Assembly: GCA_903851135.1 (NCBI GenBank)
Contig: CAINNK010000012.1
Span: 4,282 to 68,281, forward strand
Source: an uncultured bacterium
GTDB lineage: Bacteria; Patescibacteriota; Minisyncoccia; Moranbacterales; GWC2-37-73
Direction: 5' to 3'
DNA: 64,000 nt
Made by a program: the position numbers and the translations under genes. Position 1 is the stretch's first letter. Each line of letters starts with the position of its first letter. This document shows positions 29,123 to 38,273 of the stretch, piece after piece. The notes under the pieces were generated by a model. That model was given only the letters and a program-made list of their open reading frames with translations, was not told the origin of the DNA and made no database searches.

Positions 29123-30133
29123 ATGATTACTAACTCAGAAGAACAGGTTGAAGATGTTTCGTTGGACAACACATTGCGCCCGCAAAGGCTTTCGGAATAT
29201 GTTGGTCAAGAGAAAATTCGCAAAAATTTGCAGATGTTTATTGATGCTGCCAAAAAACGAGGTGAATCAATTGAGCATGTGCTGCTTTATGGCCCGGCTG
29301 GGCTTGGCAAGACCACGCTAGCGCATATTATTGCTAATGAGATGGGGGTCAACATTAAGATTACTTCCGGGCCAGCCATTGAAAGAGTGGGTGACCTGGG
29401 TTCAATTTTGACCAATTTGCAAGATGGTGACGTGCTTTTCATTGATGAGATTCATCGACTGAACAAATTGATCGAAGAAGTGCTTTATCCCGCCATGGAA
29501 GATTACAAATTGGATGTGATCATTGGCAAAGGACCATCAGCCAGAACTTTGCAACTTGATTTGCCAAAATTCACTTTGATTGGAGCAACCACTAGGTTGG
29601 GCAGTTTGTCCAATCCACTTCGCAACCGATTCGGCGCAATTCATCGTTTGGAATTTTATAATGACGAGGAAATGAAAAAAATCATCTCTCGCAGTGGCAA
29701 AATTTTGGGTATTTCTTTGGATGAGAGCGGCTCTGGCGAAATTGCGCGCTCTAGTCGCAAGACTCCTCGCGTTGGCAATCGAATCATCAAGCGCGTGCGC
29801 GACTATGCTCAAATCAATGATCACCAAACCATTGACAGTGCAATTGCCAGAAAAGCTCTTGATATGATGGATGTGGATCAACTTGGATTGGAACCGACCG
29901 ACCGCTTTATTTTGGAAACGATTATTAAGAAATTTGGTGGTGGCCCGGTGGGCATTCAAACGATTGCGGCAGCTACTTCGGAAGAAGTTGAAACTATTGA
30001 GGATGTCTATGAACCATTTTTGATTCAATTGGGTTTTTTGACTCGCACGCCGAGGGGACGCGTGGTGACTGAAAGCGGATTTTTGCATTTGGGTTTTCAA
30101 CCGCCTGTTGAAAATCAAAATAAATTGCTATAA
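29123..30133 (+). CDS. ruvB: Holliday junction branch migration ATPase RuvB
   Basis: [22 protein letters not shown] Walker A, DEIHRL Walker B, RuvB C-terminal winged helix. Confidence 0.95.
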   Translation: MITNSEEQVEDVSLDNTLRPQRLSEYVGQEKIRKNLQMFIDAAKKRGESIEHVLLYGPAGLGKTTLAHIIANEMGVNIKITSGPAIERVGDLGSILTNLQDGDVLFIDEIHRLNKLIEEVLYPAMEDYKLDVIIGKGPSARTLQLDLPKFTLIGATTRLGSLSNPLRNRFGAIHRLEFYNDEEMKKIISRSGKILGISLDESGSGEIARSSRKTPRVGNRIIKRVRDYAQINDHQTIDSAIARKALDMMDVDQLGLEPTDRFILETIIKKFGGGPVGIQTIAAATSEEVETIEDVYEPFLIQLGFLTRTPRGRVVTESGFLHLGFQPPVENQNKLL

Positions 30134-30375
30134 TAATGGTGCAAGTCAAAGGACGCCAGAGAATAAAATTTTTTTCAAATATCCTCACCGCTCTTTCTTT
30201 TTTAACTAAAATTTTCCCTCACTCTATGGCAACCAATGGAAAATTTTAGAAAAAAGAAAGGCTCGCTCAAGCAATATATTTTTCAAAAAATTTTATTCTC
30301 TGGTATCCTTTGTATAGTGGTTTTTTGCTCGAATGCATTTTTCTTTTTTATTTTAGTTAAGAAGAAAAAGTATGC

Positions 30376-30654
30376 TTGCTCAATATCCCAAAAGACAAAA
30401 TTAATTTGATATGTAAAATAAGTGTAAATATGTTAGTTGCGATTTTTCAAATTCTCTACTTAATTGTCTTTTTCATTATGCTGCTGATGAGCGCCTTTGT
30501 TATTTTTCATATTGTTTTTTATTCCTATAACGCCTTTTCAAAATTAGTTATGTTGTCAATTTTTGTTCCGGTGGCTGCGGTGTTGCTTTTTACTAATTTC
30601 ATTTTGTTTATGCAAATACCTCTTAGTGAGGTGCTGCCGAAGATTTCAATTTAA
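30376..30654 (+). CDS. hypothetical small membrane protein
   Basis: three hydrophobic helices; weak coding evidence. Confidence 0.35.
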   Translation: MLNIPKDKINLICKISVNMLVAIFQILYLIVFFIMLLMSAFVIFHIVFYSYNAFSKLVMLSIFVPVAAVLLFTNFILFMQIPLSEVLPKISI

Positions 30655-30659
30655 AAGAT

Positions 30660-31238
30660 ATGAATGATTTTTCAAAATTTCATTTTAAAGGTGTTGGAGA
30701 AAACGAGGAAATTGTTAGAGTTATTCATCGCAATTGGTTTTATATTTTCCAGCAATTTTTGTTGCTTTTTGTTTTGACAGTAATCTTTTTTACGGCGATT
30801 ATTTTTGTGCCGATTTTCTTCCCAGACTTTATCAGTGCTGGTTCAAGGGAATTCGTGTCTTTTTTTGAAAATTTCTTTCTCTTGGTTATTTGGATGTATG
30901 GTTTTATGATTTGGATTGACTATTATTTCGACGTTTGGATAATCACCACTCAGCGTATTGTTAACATCGAACAGCAAGGGATGTTTTCCAGAAGAGTTAG
31001 TGAAATGGAATATTCAAAAATGCAAGATATCACCGCAGAAGTTGTCGGATTTTTCCCCACAGTGATAAATTATGGAGATGTCAAAGTTCAGACAGCTGGT
31101 GGAGATGAAGAATTTATTTTTAGAACAGTTTCTGATCCGTATAATGTCAAAAATATAATTTTTAATATGCAAAAGAAAGATTCTTTGCAAAATACTGAGG
31201 AGCTTGGAGAGATGATTAAGGAGAAAATGGAAGGCTGA
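30660..31238 (+). CDS. membrane protein with bacterial PH (YdbS/YdbT-like) domain
   Basis: two N-terminal TM helices after HFKGVGENEEIVRVIHRNWFYIF, then soluble beta-rich domain; pattern typical of the DUF304/bPH_2 family. Confidence 0.5.
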   Translation: MNDFSKFHFKGVGENEEIVRVIHRNWFYIFQQFLLLFVLTVIFFTAIIFVPIFFPDFISAGSREFVSFFENFFLLVIWMYGFMIWIDYYFDVWIITTQRIVNIEQQGMFSRRVSEMEYSKMQDITAEVVGFFPTVINYGDVKVQTAGGDEEFIFRTVSDPYNVKNIIFNMQKKDSLQNTEELGEMIKEKMEG

Positions 31239-31383
31239 TTTAAAGTTGTACTGAAGAAATTTCGCTTGCATGCTTTTTATTTTTATCTTTATCTCAGTGA
31301 AAAAAATAAAAAGCATGTGCGCTCAATTTGAAAAGTTCGCTATTAATCTAAGTGTGCTAAGCGTTTAGGGGGGGTAAATTCAG

Positions 31384-33393
31384 GTGATAACAAAGAAAAA
31401 AACAGAATACTTGCGGGTATTTTCATCGCTGGCACTGCCAATTTTTTTGGCAGTGTTTTTTGTTTTCAAATCGCACGTTTTTGCTGCCGGTCCCAGCGTT
31501 GTTATTAATGAAATTATGACGGCAGACCAAAATTCCACAAAAAATGAATTTATCGAATTATATAATCAAGGTAGTCAGGATGTTGACTTGGCAGGCTTCA
31601 GGTTGGTGAAAAAAACCGCAAGCGGCAGTGAGAGCACTTTAGTTGGTAGTGCAAAGTTTGTTGGAATAATCAAGTCGCATGGATATTTTGTGATTGCATA
31701 CCCTGATTTTAAAAACAGTGTTGAGACAGATTTGGTATATTCCAGCGCCTCGTATTCAATAGCAGACGACAATACAGTGCTTCTTTACGATGAAAATGGA
31801 GAAATGATAGATAAGGTTGGCTATGGCGGAGCAAGTGATTTTGAAACAAAGGCTGCGCAAAATCCTGAGGCAGGGTTTAGTCTTGGCAGGCTTGAGGGAA
31901 AAGACACAGCTGACAATAGCCAAGATTTTGCAGTGCAAAATCCATCGCCAGGAAAAGAAAACAAAAAATTGGCAGAAAAAATTTCAGATCCATTGAAAAC
32001 CTATTCAAACAAAATTCAAATCACCGAGCTTTTTCCGAATCCTTTTCAGGCTAAATATGAAGAATACGTTGAGCTTTACAATGGAACAGGGGAAGATATT
32101 GATTTGCTGGGTTGGACTTTGCACGATGCTTCAAAGTCCGGAAAATACACTTTTCCGGAAAGTCTCATTTTGAAAGCCAAGAAGTATTTGGCGGTCTTCA
32201 AAAAAGATTTCAAATTTGCGCTCAACAATTCCGGGCAGGAAAGTGTGACATTGTTTGATCCAAATGGTAAAGAAGTTTTCAAAGTGCAGTATGATGGAAG
32301 CAAAAAAGATGTTTCATATAATTTCGATGGAAATCGCTGGCGCTGGAGCAAATTTTTGACGCCAGGCACGGAAAATATTTTCAATAATGAGCCATATGGC
32401 ACCGTGAAAATGGATGAAGACATTTTTGTGAACGTTTATGCAAATTTTTCCGTTTCAATTGGCGACCTTGATGGTGATAAAATCAGTGTCACTTGGGATT
32501 TTGGCGATGGACATAAAAGCTACTTGGCAAAAACCAAACATAAATATGTTAAAGAAGGAAAATATTCAGTCAGAGTGAAATTGTCTGATAGCAGTGAAGA
32601 TGTGGTGAAGAATTTCACAGTTGAAGTTGGTCAGGTGCCGCATCCAAAAGTTCGGATCGTGGCCATCAACGCCAATCCTAAGGGCGCAGATACCGGCGAA
32701 GAATCACTGACTATTGAAAATCAGTCCAAGAAAAAAATAAATTTAAATGGCTGGAGCATTGCCACTGGTTGGAAGAAATTCGTTAATCATCCCATCAAAG
32801 AAGATGTGATTATCAAAAAAGACAAAACGGCGCAGGTGACGTCTGACGTTTCGAGCTTTTCTTTGAACAACACCAAGGCCAGGATTCAGCTGCGTTATCC
32901 AGATGGCAAAGTGGCGCAGGAAGTAAAATATAAAAAAGCCGAAGGAATTCAGGATGGGGAAGTTTATCAGAAAGTAAAGGGAGGATGGGTTTGGAAAATA
33001 GTAATCAGTAATCAGGAACTAGTAACTAGCAATAAAAATATAAAAGTCAGTGAACAGGAAGCAGTGGACGATAATCAAAAGGCAATAAGCAATGAACAGG
33101 AAGCAAAAGATAATAATCAAAACACACTAGACCTGACTACCGGACAGTCAGGCAATGTACAAGATGACAAGAGGGAAAATAAGATTTTAACTGGCGAAGA
33201 TGATTTGGTGAAAATTGAGTTGCTGAAAAATCAGCCAGCCGTGTTGGGGGCAGAAACTGTGCGGGAAGTCGGCGGGCAATATTTGTTCACTCCGCAGATT
33301 GAGCAGAAGCACTATTTAGTTTCGTTTTGGGAAAAACTCTTTACAAATTTAAATGCAGATATTACTTTTTTATTAAATTCTTTCTTAAAATAA
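31384..33393 (+). CDS. secreted/surface protein with three lamin-tail (LTD) domains and a PKD-like domain
   Basis: signal/TM LALPIFLAVFFVF; LTD signatures VVINEIMTAD..EFIELYNQGSQDVDLAGFRL, IQITELFPNP..EYVELYNGTGEDIDLLGWTL, VRIVAINANP..ESLTIENQSKKKINLNGWSI; PKD-like VTWDFGDGHKS. Confidence 0.75.
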   Translation: MITKKKTEYLRVFSSLALPIFLAVFFVFKSHVFAAGPSVVINEIMTADQNSTKNEFIELYNQGSQDVDLAGFRLVKKTASGSESTLVGSAKFVGIIKSHGYFVIAYPDFKNSVETDLVYSSASYSIADDNTVLLYDENGEMIDKVGYGGASDFETKAAQNPEAGFSLGRLEGKDTADNSQDFAVQNPSPGKENKKLAEKISDPLKTYSNKIQITELFPNPFQAKYEEYVELYNGTGEDIDLLGWTLHDASKSGKYTFPESLILKAKKYLAVFKKDFKFALNNSGQESVTLFDPNGKEVFKVQYDGSKKDVSYNFDGNRWRWSKFLTPGTENIFNNEPYGTVKMDEDIFVNVYANFSVSIGDLDGDKISVTWDFGDGHKSYLAKTKHKYVKEGKYSVRVKLSDSSEDVVKNFTVEVGQVPHPKVRIVAINANPKGADTGEESLTIENQSKKKINLNGWSIATGWKKFVNHPIKEDVIIKKDKTAQVTSDVSSFSLNNTKARIQLRYPDGKVAQEVKYKKAEGIQDGEVYQKVKGGWVWKIVISNQELVTSNKNIKVSEQEAVDDNQKAISNEQEAKDNNQNTLDLTTGQSGNVQDDKRENKILTGEDDLVKIELLKNQPAVLGAETVREVGGQYLFTPQIEQKHYLVSFWEKLFTNLNADITFLLNSFLK

Positions 33394-33395
33394 AA

Positions 33396-33430
33396 ATACT
33401 CCACTTAAGCTGGTTGCCTAAGTGGAGTAT
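33396..33430. terminator. bidirectional hairpin terminator
   Basis: ATACTCCACTTAAG ctggttgc CTTAAGTGGAGTAT between convergent genes. Confidence 0.6.
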
Positions 33431-33456
33431 AAAGATGGCAGTGATGCGAGCGAGGT

Positions 33457-33867
33457 TTATTTTTTACCACGGCTTGCAATTTTGAGTCTGCCGGAATCGG
33501 TGACAGTTAGAATTCCTTTGCGGATAAGGTCCGATCCTTTTAGTGCAATGAATGCCAGTATGTCCTTTGACGGAACTTCTGCAGATGTTTTGTGAATTCT
33601 GTCGATAATCTCGAGCTTATCTGCACCAGCTGGTCTGCAATGAAAAGAATGCTTTCCGATATCAATCGGACGGGCGAAACCAAGCTGCTGGTTGAGGCTT
33701 TTCTTCGAGCTACTTCCTGGCTTGCTTGAGCCCTGGCTGCCGGTTTTTTGTCCATGCAGGGTGGAAACGATTTTAAGTTTTCCGCTGTTTAATCCTGCAG
33801 CAAGCTGGTCAAGTTCATTTTGGTCAATGCAGCGTCCACCACGTCCGGTGATTTTTTTCTGATTCAT
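33457..33867 (-). CDS. hypothetical protein (136 aa)
   Basis: start at internal Met MNQKKITGRGG with AAGGA RBS; the upstream extension in the track reads as non-coding. Confidence 0.45.
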   Translation of the reverse strand: MNQKKITGRGGRCIDQNELDQLAAGLNSGKLKIVSTLHGQKTGSQGSSKPGSSSKKSLNQQLGFARPIDIGKHSFHCRPAGADKLEIIDRIHKTSAEVPSKDILAFIALKGSDLIRKGILTVTDSGRLKIASRGKK

Positions 33868-34421
33868 TGGAGTGTTCCTTGTTTTGGTATTTTTCAAAGA
33901 AAGAAATATCACCTTGGTCCAAAATTTTAAGGACTTTAGTGAATACAAAAAGGTTAATTCCTCTAGGTACCAAAACATTTTAGCAAAGTGTGAAAATATG
34001 TCAAGGGGTCTCAGAAACCCGATTTTATCGGCCTATTTGATTGTTATTTTGAAATAAAAAAGCCACCTCGCACGAATTATGCAAGGTGGTGAAACATTAT
34101 ACTCATTAAAGATATTTGTTTATTGCCGAGAGTGACCCCAAAAATAAAGAGCGGATGATTCGCTTTGTTTTGCAATTGCTGAAGAAATAAAAAATTGATA
34201 TGAAAAAAGCGCAAGAGGAAAATATTTTCCAATTGCGCTAGAAATTCTTTTTGCTTTTAATTAATATGCTGTAGATACAGATAATACAAAAGCAGAGTCA
34301 AGCCTGCCCCTAAGCAGCTCCATTTAAAATTAACCCAAGCCACTTTGGGATCCTGTGAAAATACTCTGGCAAAGATCTTTTTCATGTTTTTCTCCGTTTT
34401 TTTTGTTTTAATGTTTGGTTT

Positions 34422-34497
34422 TTCCATCTCTTGAAAGTACGAATTTTCATACTCTCAATGATGGGGCCGAGGTGGAAAGATTTCCAAATCGGCCAGG
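34422..34497 (-). repeat. conserved 3' cassette-end element, copy D (minus orientation)
   Basis: reverse complement reads hairpin GGCCGATTTGGAAATCTTTCCACCTCGGCC then CCATCATTGAGAGTATGAAAATTCGTACTTTCAAGAGATGGAAAAACC, directly downstream of the minus-strand gene 34505..34996. Confidence 0.6.
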
Positions 34498-34504
34498 TTA
34501 TTGT

Positions 34505-34996
34505 TTACTCCTGCAGTGACTTTGGGATTGCTGGTATTGTGTTGACAGAGACCATAAGATTATTGAGCGCCATCAACTTTAAAGTTACTTCCTCCCAGGT
34601 GCCTTTGAATCCAAGAAAATCTGAAAATGTGTTTTTTGCGATCTTTTCATATTCTTCATCCTTGGTTCTATCCGAAGATGTGCACCATGTGCAATCACCT
34701 ATGTATGCCTCATTATTATTTCTAAAGACAGCGGATAAACACCAGCGCGAGAAATCGCTGGAAAACAGATCAAGATCCAAGATTACATTAAATGGAATGT
34801 CAGGATCAGGGTCGTCATCTTCTGAACAGCACTCTATGGAATCATTAAGCGGTACGTTAGGAAGAATAATATCAAGAATAGAGAGTTTGTTAAATAGTAG
34901 ACACCACTCTTCCATAATTCCTACATTTGTATGATAGTCAAAATTACTCACTTCGGAAGCGATGCTTTTGATAATTGAATCGGAAGGCTTTTCCAT
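34505..34996 (-). CDS. hypothetical acidic protein (163 aa)
   Basis: compositionally protein-like (mixed, acidic, Cys pairs); preferred over the overlapping Ser-rich + strand ORF 34431..34934. Confidence 0.4.
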   Translation of the reverse strand: MEKPSDSIIKSIASEVSNFDYHTNVGIMEEWCLLFNKLSILDIILPNVPLNDSIECCSEDDDPDPDIPFNVILDLDLFSSDFSRWCLSAVFRNNNEAYIGDCTWCTSSDRTKDEEYEKIAKNTFSDFLGFKGTWEEVTLKLMALNNLMVSVNTIPAIPKSLQE

Positions 34997-35085
34997 GACT
35001 TTGTTTTTTTGATTGTTGTTGAATAGCTGTTTTTATAAATAGATGCGAAGTTTTGACCAAGGATAACTTCGCAAACCTTATTCTT

Positions 35086-35394
35086 CTAACAAACAATAGG
35101 GTTCATAATAATTTTTATGTCAAACAATCTATCGTTATGTCCCCTAAGAGAAGCATTTTGGGCATGAAGCTCCTCAATCTCTAGCTTCAAACTCTCTAGA
35201 GTTTCTACTTCTCCGCATTCTTCTGCGGACTTTTCTGCACTTTCGATGGGTTTGTATTTGGTGATTTCTTCGCCTGTTTCATTAAGCAATTCATCATTGT
35301 ATTCCCTAAGGGAAATACTTTGGGCGCGAAGTGACTTGATCTCGAGCTTCAAGCTCGCTAGAGTTTCTTCGTGTCCGCATTTTTCTGTTTTCAT
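35086..35394 (-). CDS. hypothetical coiled-coil protein with internal 2x roughly 45-aa repeat
   Basis: GGAGA RBS; repeats EETLASLKLEIKSLRAQSISLREYND / VETLESLKLEIEELHAQNASLRGHND. Confidence 0.4.
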   Translation of the reverse strand: MKTEKCGHEETLASLKLEIKSLRAQSISLREYNDELLNETGEEITKYKPIESAEKSAEECGEVETLESLKLEIEELHAQNASLRGHNDRLFDIKIIMNPIVC

Positions 35395-35545
35395 TTTTTC
35401 TCCGTTGGTTGCGTTTTTAAATAACTTTTTGTTAGATGATAGGTTATTCCTAATTCATCTTAACGAGCAAGTATATACTATTTTTGGTATTTTATCAATA
35501 GTAAAAAATGATAATATGCCTAAAAATAGCTTAAAAATAGGATAA

Positions 35546-35594
35546 TTAAAATTATTTATCAAGAATGTTGACAAATATGGTGGTTTTTGGTGGG
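35546..35594 (+). repeat. 51-bp direct repeat copy 1 (contains promoter-like TTGACAAATATGGTGGTTTTTGG)
   Basis: AATTAAAATTATTTATCAAGAATGTTGACAAATATGGTGGTTTTTGGTGGG; 48/51 identical to 37137..37187; the two copies bracket the methyltransferase plus PRTase pair. Confidence 0.6.
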
Positions 35595-35682
35595 CTATAG
35601 AGATAAAGAAGCTAAGTCTCCAAGGGGAGGCTTAGCTTCTAAAACTTTATTGTGATGTTCGGTTAGTTAAAGAAAAACAAAT

Positions 35683-36375
35683 CTATTTTTTCTTCGCCCT
35701 AAACAGAAAATAACCAGGATAGTTTTCTCCGTCAATGCACTCAGTGCATTCCTTTGTGTCAGCTTTTTCATGAAATTGTTCAATGATAAAATTATCAAAG
35801 AGCATATTTGAAAAGTAATCATTAAATGTATGGCTCCATTCTTTCAGAGGTAATGTATGCTCATATATCCATGAAACAACCACTTCCTTTTTGAAATAAT
35901 CTCTTGGTCGCTCAGGTTTTTCCAGAAAGTGCCTGACTGGATGAGTTGCTAAGACAATGAAATAACCGCCAGGCTTTAAAACCCTAATGACTTCATTGTA
36001 AAAATGTTCAATACTTTCAAACGCTTGTGGCGCATATTTTGAAACAACGACATCAAAAGTCTTATCTTCAAATGGAATAGCGTCAGATAGTCCAATTTTT
36101 ACGGAAGCTTCACCTAGTCTTTTGTTTGCAAATGCAACTTCCTTATCAGATGCATCAATACCACTAACCTTAAAGCCAAAAGTATCTCTATAATGTAAAA
36201 GATCATGTCCGCTGCCACAGGCCACGTCAAGTAATTTTTTTCCTTTTGTTTCAAAATTTAAAAATGTATAAAATAAGGCTCTGCTTTCCTTATCATACTT
36301 GAGCGTCTTCCAATCATGTTCATCTGCCCAGCTATTATATTGATCAACTGTATATATGCTTTTATTGCTAATCAT
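35683..36375 (-). CDS. class I SAM-dependent methyltransferase
   Basis: motif I LLDVACGSGHDLLHY, motif post-I/II FDVVVS, motif III RVLKPGGYFIV. Confidence 0.8.
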   Translation of the reverse strand: MISNKSIYTVDQYNSWADEHDWKTLKYDKESRALFYTFLNFETKGKKLLDVACGSGHDLLHYRDTFGFKVSGIDASDKEVAFANKRLGEASVKIGLSDAIPFEDKTFDVVVSKYAPQAFESIEHFYNEVIRVLKPGGYFIVLATHPVRHFLEKPERPRDYFKKEVVVSWIYEHTLPLKEWSHTFNDYFSNMLFDNFIIEQFHEKADTKECTECIDGENYPGYFLFRAKKK

Positions 36376-36395
36376 ATTTTTTAATTTAATTTAAT

Positions 36396-37028
36396 TTAAT
36401 TCTGCTTGATTCTGCTTGTTACTTTTGACCTATTTCCATTTGAAAGGAAGCTTACTAGAACTTTTGGCATAATTCCAGTTTCTCTTGCTATTCTTTCTCT
36501 TCCTTTGTAATCAGATTTTTCAGCAACTGAGAATATGTCAACAACTTCCACTCCAGCGCTTCTGAGCAACTTAACCATCGCTATGATAGTGCCGCCAGTA
36601 TCTATGATGTCGTCGACGATGATTGCTCTTTTTAAATTTGTCGAAAGACCATTTAGATACAATTTTCCATCCGTGTAGGCATTTTTAAAATCCACATGTA
36701 TTTCTCCTTCAAAACCAGCTGGATTCCATTTTGTTAGGGTGAAGGGTTTGTTAAATTGCATAGACAATATCGCGCAGAGATAGCCGCCCCTGTCTTCTTC
36801 ACCAACAATAAAATCAATATCATCGAAATTCACAATGCGAGAAGTTTCTTCTGCTATTTGTCTTAATAATTCAGGCCTTGTAATGGGAGCATGATCCGTT
36901 AAAGAGTTGACGCAGTATTTTTTGCCAGAAACCAATTTAATAGGTTTTTCGTTGAAAGTTTCAAAGATGTAATCACGCGCAGTATCTTTTTTTGAGGATA
37001 TAATACTTTTTTGATTCATATTTAGCAT
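36396..37028 (-). CDS. phosphoribosyltransferase (type I PRTase) family protein
   Basis: PRPP-binding motif RAIIVDDIIDTGGTIIAMVKLL. Confidence 0.75.
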   Translation of the reverse strand: MLNMNQKSIISSKKDTARDYIFETFNEKPIKLVSGKKYCVNSLTDHAPITRPELLRQIAEETSRIVNFDDIDFIVGEEDRGGYLCAILSMQFNKPFTLTKWNPAGFEGEIHVDFKNAYTDGKLYLNGLSTNLKRAIIVDDIIDTGGTIIAMVKLLRSAGVEVVDIFSVAEKSDYKGRERIARETGIMPKVLVSFLSNGNRSKVTSRIKQN

Positions 37029-37136
37029 ATTTTAGTTGGTTTAAATAAAGCATAACAAAATAATATACAACATTTCGACAAAATTATCAATAGTTATTTA
37101 CATGTATATGCCTTTGAAAGGCTTATAAAATGCAAA

Positions 37137-37187
37137 ATTAAAATTATTTGTCAAAGATGTTGACAAATATGGTGGTTTTTGGTAGGA
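37137..37187 (+). repeat. 51-bp direct repeat copy 2 (promoter TTGACA-17-TAGGAT driving the IR element and TrmB paralog)
   Basis: AATTAAAATTATTTGTCAAAGATGTTGACAAATATGGTGGTTTTTGGTAGG. Confidence 0.6.
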
Positions 37188-37212
37188 TTTAGGTAAGCTA
37201 ATTTTGTAATCA

Positions 37213-37318
37213 TGTCATTCTGAATTTATTTCAGGATCTCGGTTACAGGCAGTGTTGTGAAATAAAGAAAGTAGATTATGAAACCCTCCAAAGGCGGACA
37301 GGCAAGTTCAGAATGACA
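37213..37318. repeat. GTCATYC...GRATGAC inverted-repeat element, copy 3 (upstream of TrmB paralog)
   Basis: TGTCATTCTGAATTTATTTCAGGATCTCGGTTACAG ... GTTCAGAATGACA; left arm 30/35 identical to copy 1. Confidence 0.6.
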
Positions 37319-37332
37319 GCGGGATATGATAA

Positions 37333-37367
37333 AAAATCTAAAATCTAAAATCTAAAATCTAAAATCT
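37333..37367. repeat. (AAAATCT)x5 microsatellite immediately upstream of TrmB paralog start
   Basis: five perfect heptamer repeats. Confidence 0.8.
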
Positions 37368-37379
37368 ATTTAAAAATTT

Positions 37380-38123
37380 ATGGATCAAGACTTAATAAAA
37401 CTTTTGGAAACGACGGGTTTCACGGAAAAAGAGGCACAAGTGTATTTGGCGCTGGTTGAGCTTGGGACGGGAAACGTGACGGATATTTCGAAAACAACCA
37501 AGCTCAAGCGCTCGATTATTTATGTTATTTTGGAAGGCTTGATGAAAAGGGGCTATGCTAGTGAACTGCCAAATTTGAAAATCAACACCTATCAAGCGAC
37601 TGACCCGACTGTGATTTTGTCGCAACTCAAAAATGTGGCCAAAAATTTTTCAGAAATGCTCCCAATGATTCGCACGCTCGGCAGCAAGGGTAAGAGCAGA
37701 CCGAAAATCAGTTATTACGACACGAAAGAAGCAATCTTGAAGGCCTGGGAGATTATGGGTAACGAGGATGATATCTTTTATATTTATTCCTGCGAGAGAA
37801 GCGAACAGCATTATCCTGGCATAACTGATAAATGGGCTAAGGGATATAACAAAAAGATTTATCCTTTGGGAAATCGACATTTGGTGCCGAACAATAAAAG
37901 CGAAGTTGAAATAGCTCAAAAGTTTTTAGCAGTCGGCGAAAGAGTACGCTCGCTAGATGATTTAAATGGCATGAATATGGACTTTACTCTTTTCTCCAAT
38001 AAAATTTCAATTGTTTCACTTGAGGAAAATCCTTTTATTGTGGTCATTGAATCTGAGGAATTGGTCAAATCCATCCGGCCGATTTTTGAAATTGCCTGGG
38101 CGAAGGGAAAAGAGGTAAAATAG
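37380..38123 (+). CDS. TrmB-like winged-HTH transcriptional regulator (paralog)
   Basis: EAQVYLALVELGTGNVTDISKTTKLKRSIIYVILEGLMKRGY; collinear with the partial paralog at 1..372. Confidence 0.7.
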   Translation: MDQDLIKLLETTGFTEKEAQVYLALVELGTGNVTDISKTTKLKRSIIYVILEGLMKRGYASELPNLKINTYQATDPTVILSQLKNVAKNFSEMLPMIRTLGSKGKSRPKISYYDTKEAILKAWEIMGNEDDIFYIYSCERSEQHYPGITDKWAKGYNKKIYPLGNRHLVPNNKSEVEIAQKFLAVGERVRSLDDLNGMNMDFTLFSNKISIVSLEENPFIVVIESEELVKSIRPIFEIAWAKGKEVK

Positions 38124-38273
38124 TTTTGCTTGAAATGAAAAGTTTAGGGTGTTAGGATGAAATTAAGTTAAAAAGCCACAAAGTCGCAAGTTATAAAGTT
38201 ATAAAGTTAAAAAGGTATTGGGCATTTTGAATTTACACCATAATACATAATACTCGATACATCATACAAAGAC

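Noticed and set aside
34262-34393. 43-aa minus-strand micro-ORF (MKKIFARVFSQDPKVAWVNFKWSCLGAGLTLLLYYLYLQHIN) with good RBS
   Set aside because: Plausible small membrane peptide, but below reliable size and unsupported by any motif; not listed as a feature.
34431-34934. 167-aa Ser-rich + strand ORF overlapping 34505..34996
   Set aside because: Composition is low-complexity (S-rich) and it begins inside the minus-orientation 3' element; the minus-strand ORF has a more protein-like composition and the 3' element sits correctly downstream of it.
37333-37367. (AAAATCT)x5 and other short tandem repeats (36376-36420, 17805-17945) considered as possible CRISPR arrays
   Set aside because: Units are 5-40 nt, contiguous or near-contiguous with no unique spacers of CRISPR length, and no cas genes occur anywhere in the window; they are microsatellites or degenerate tandem repeats.
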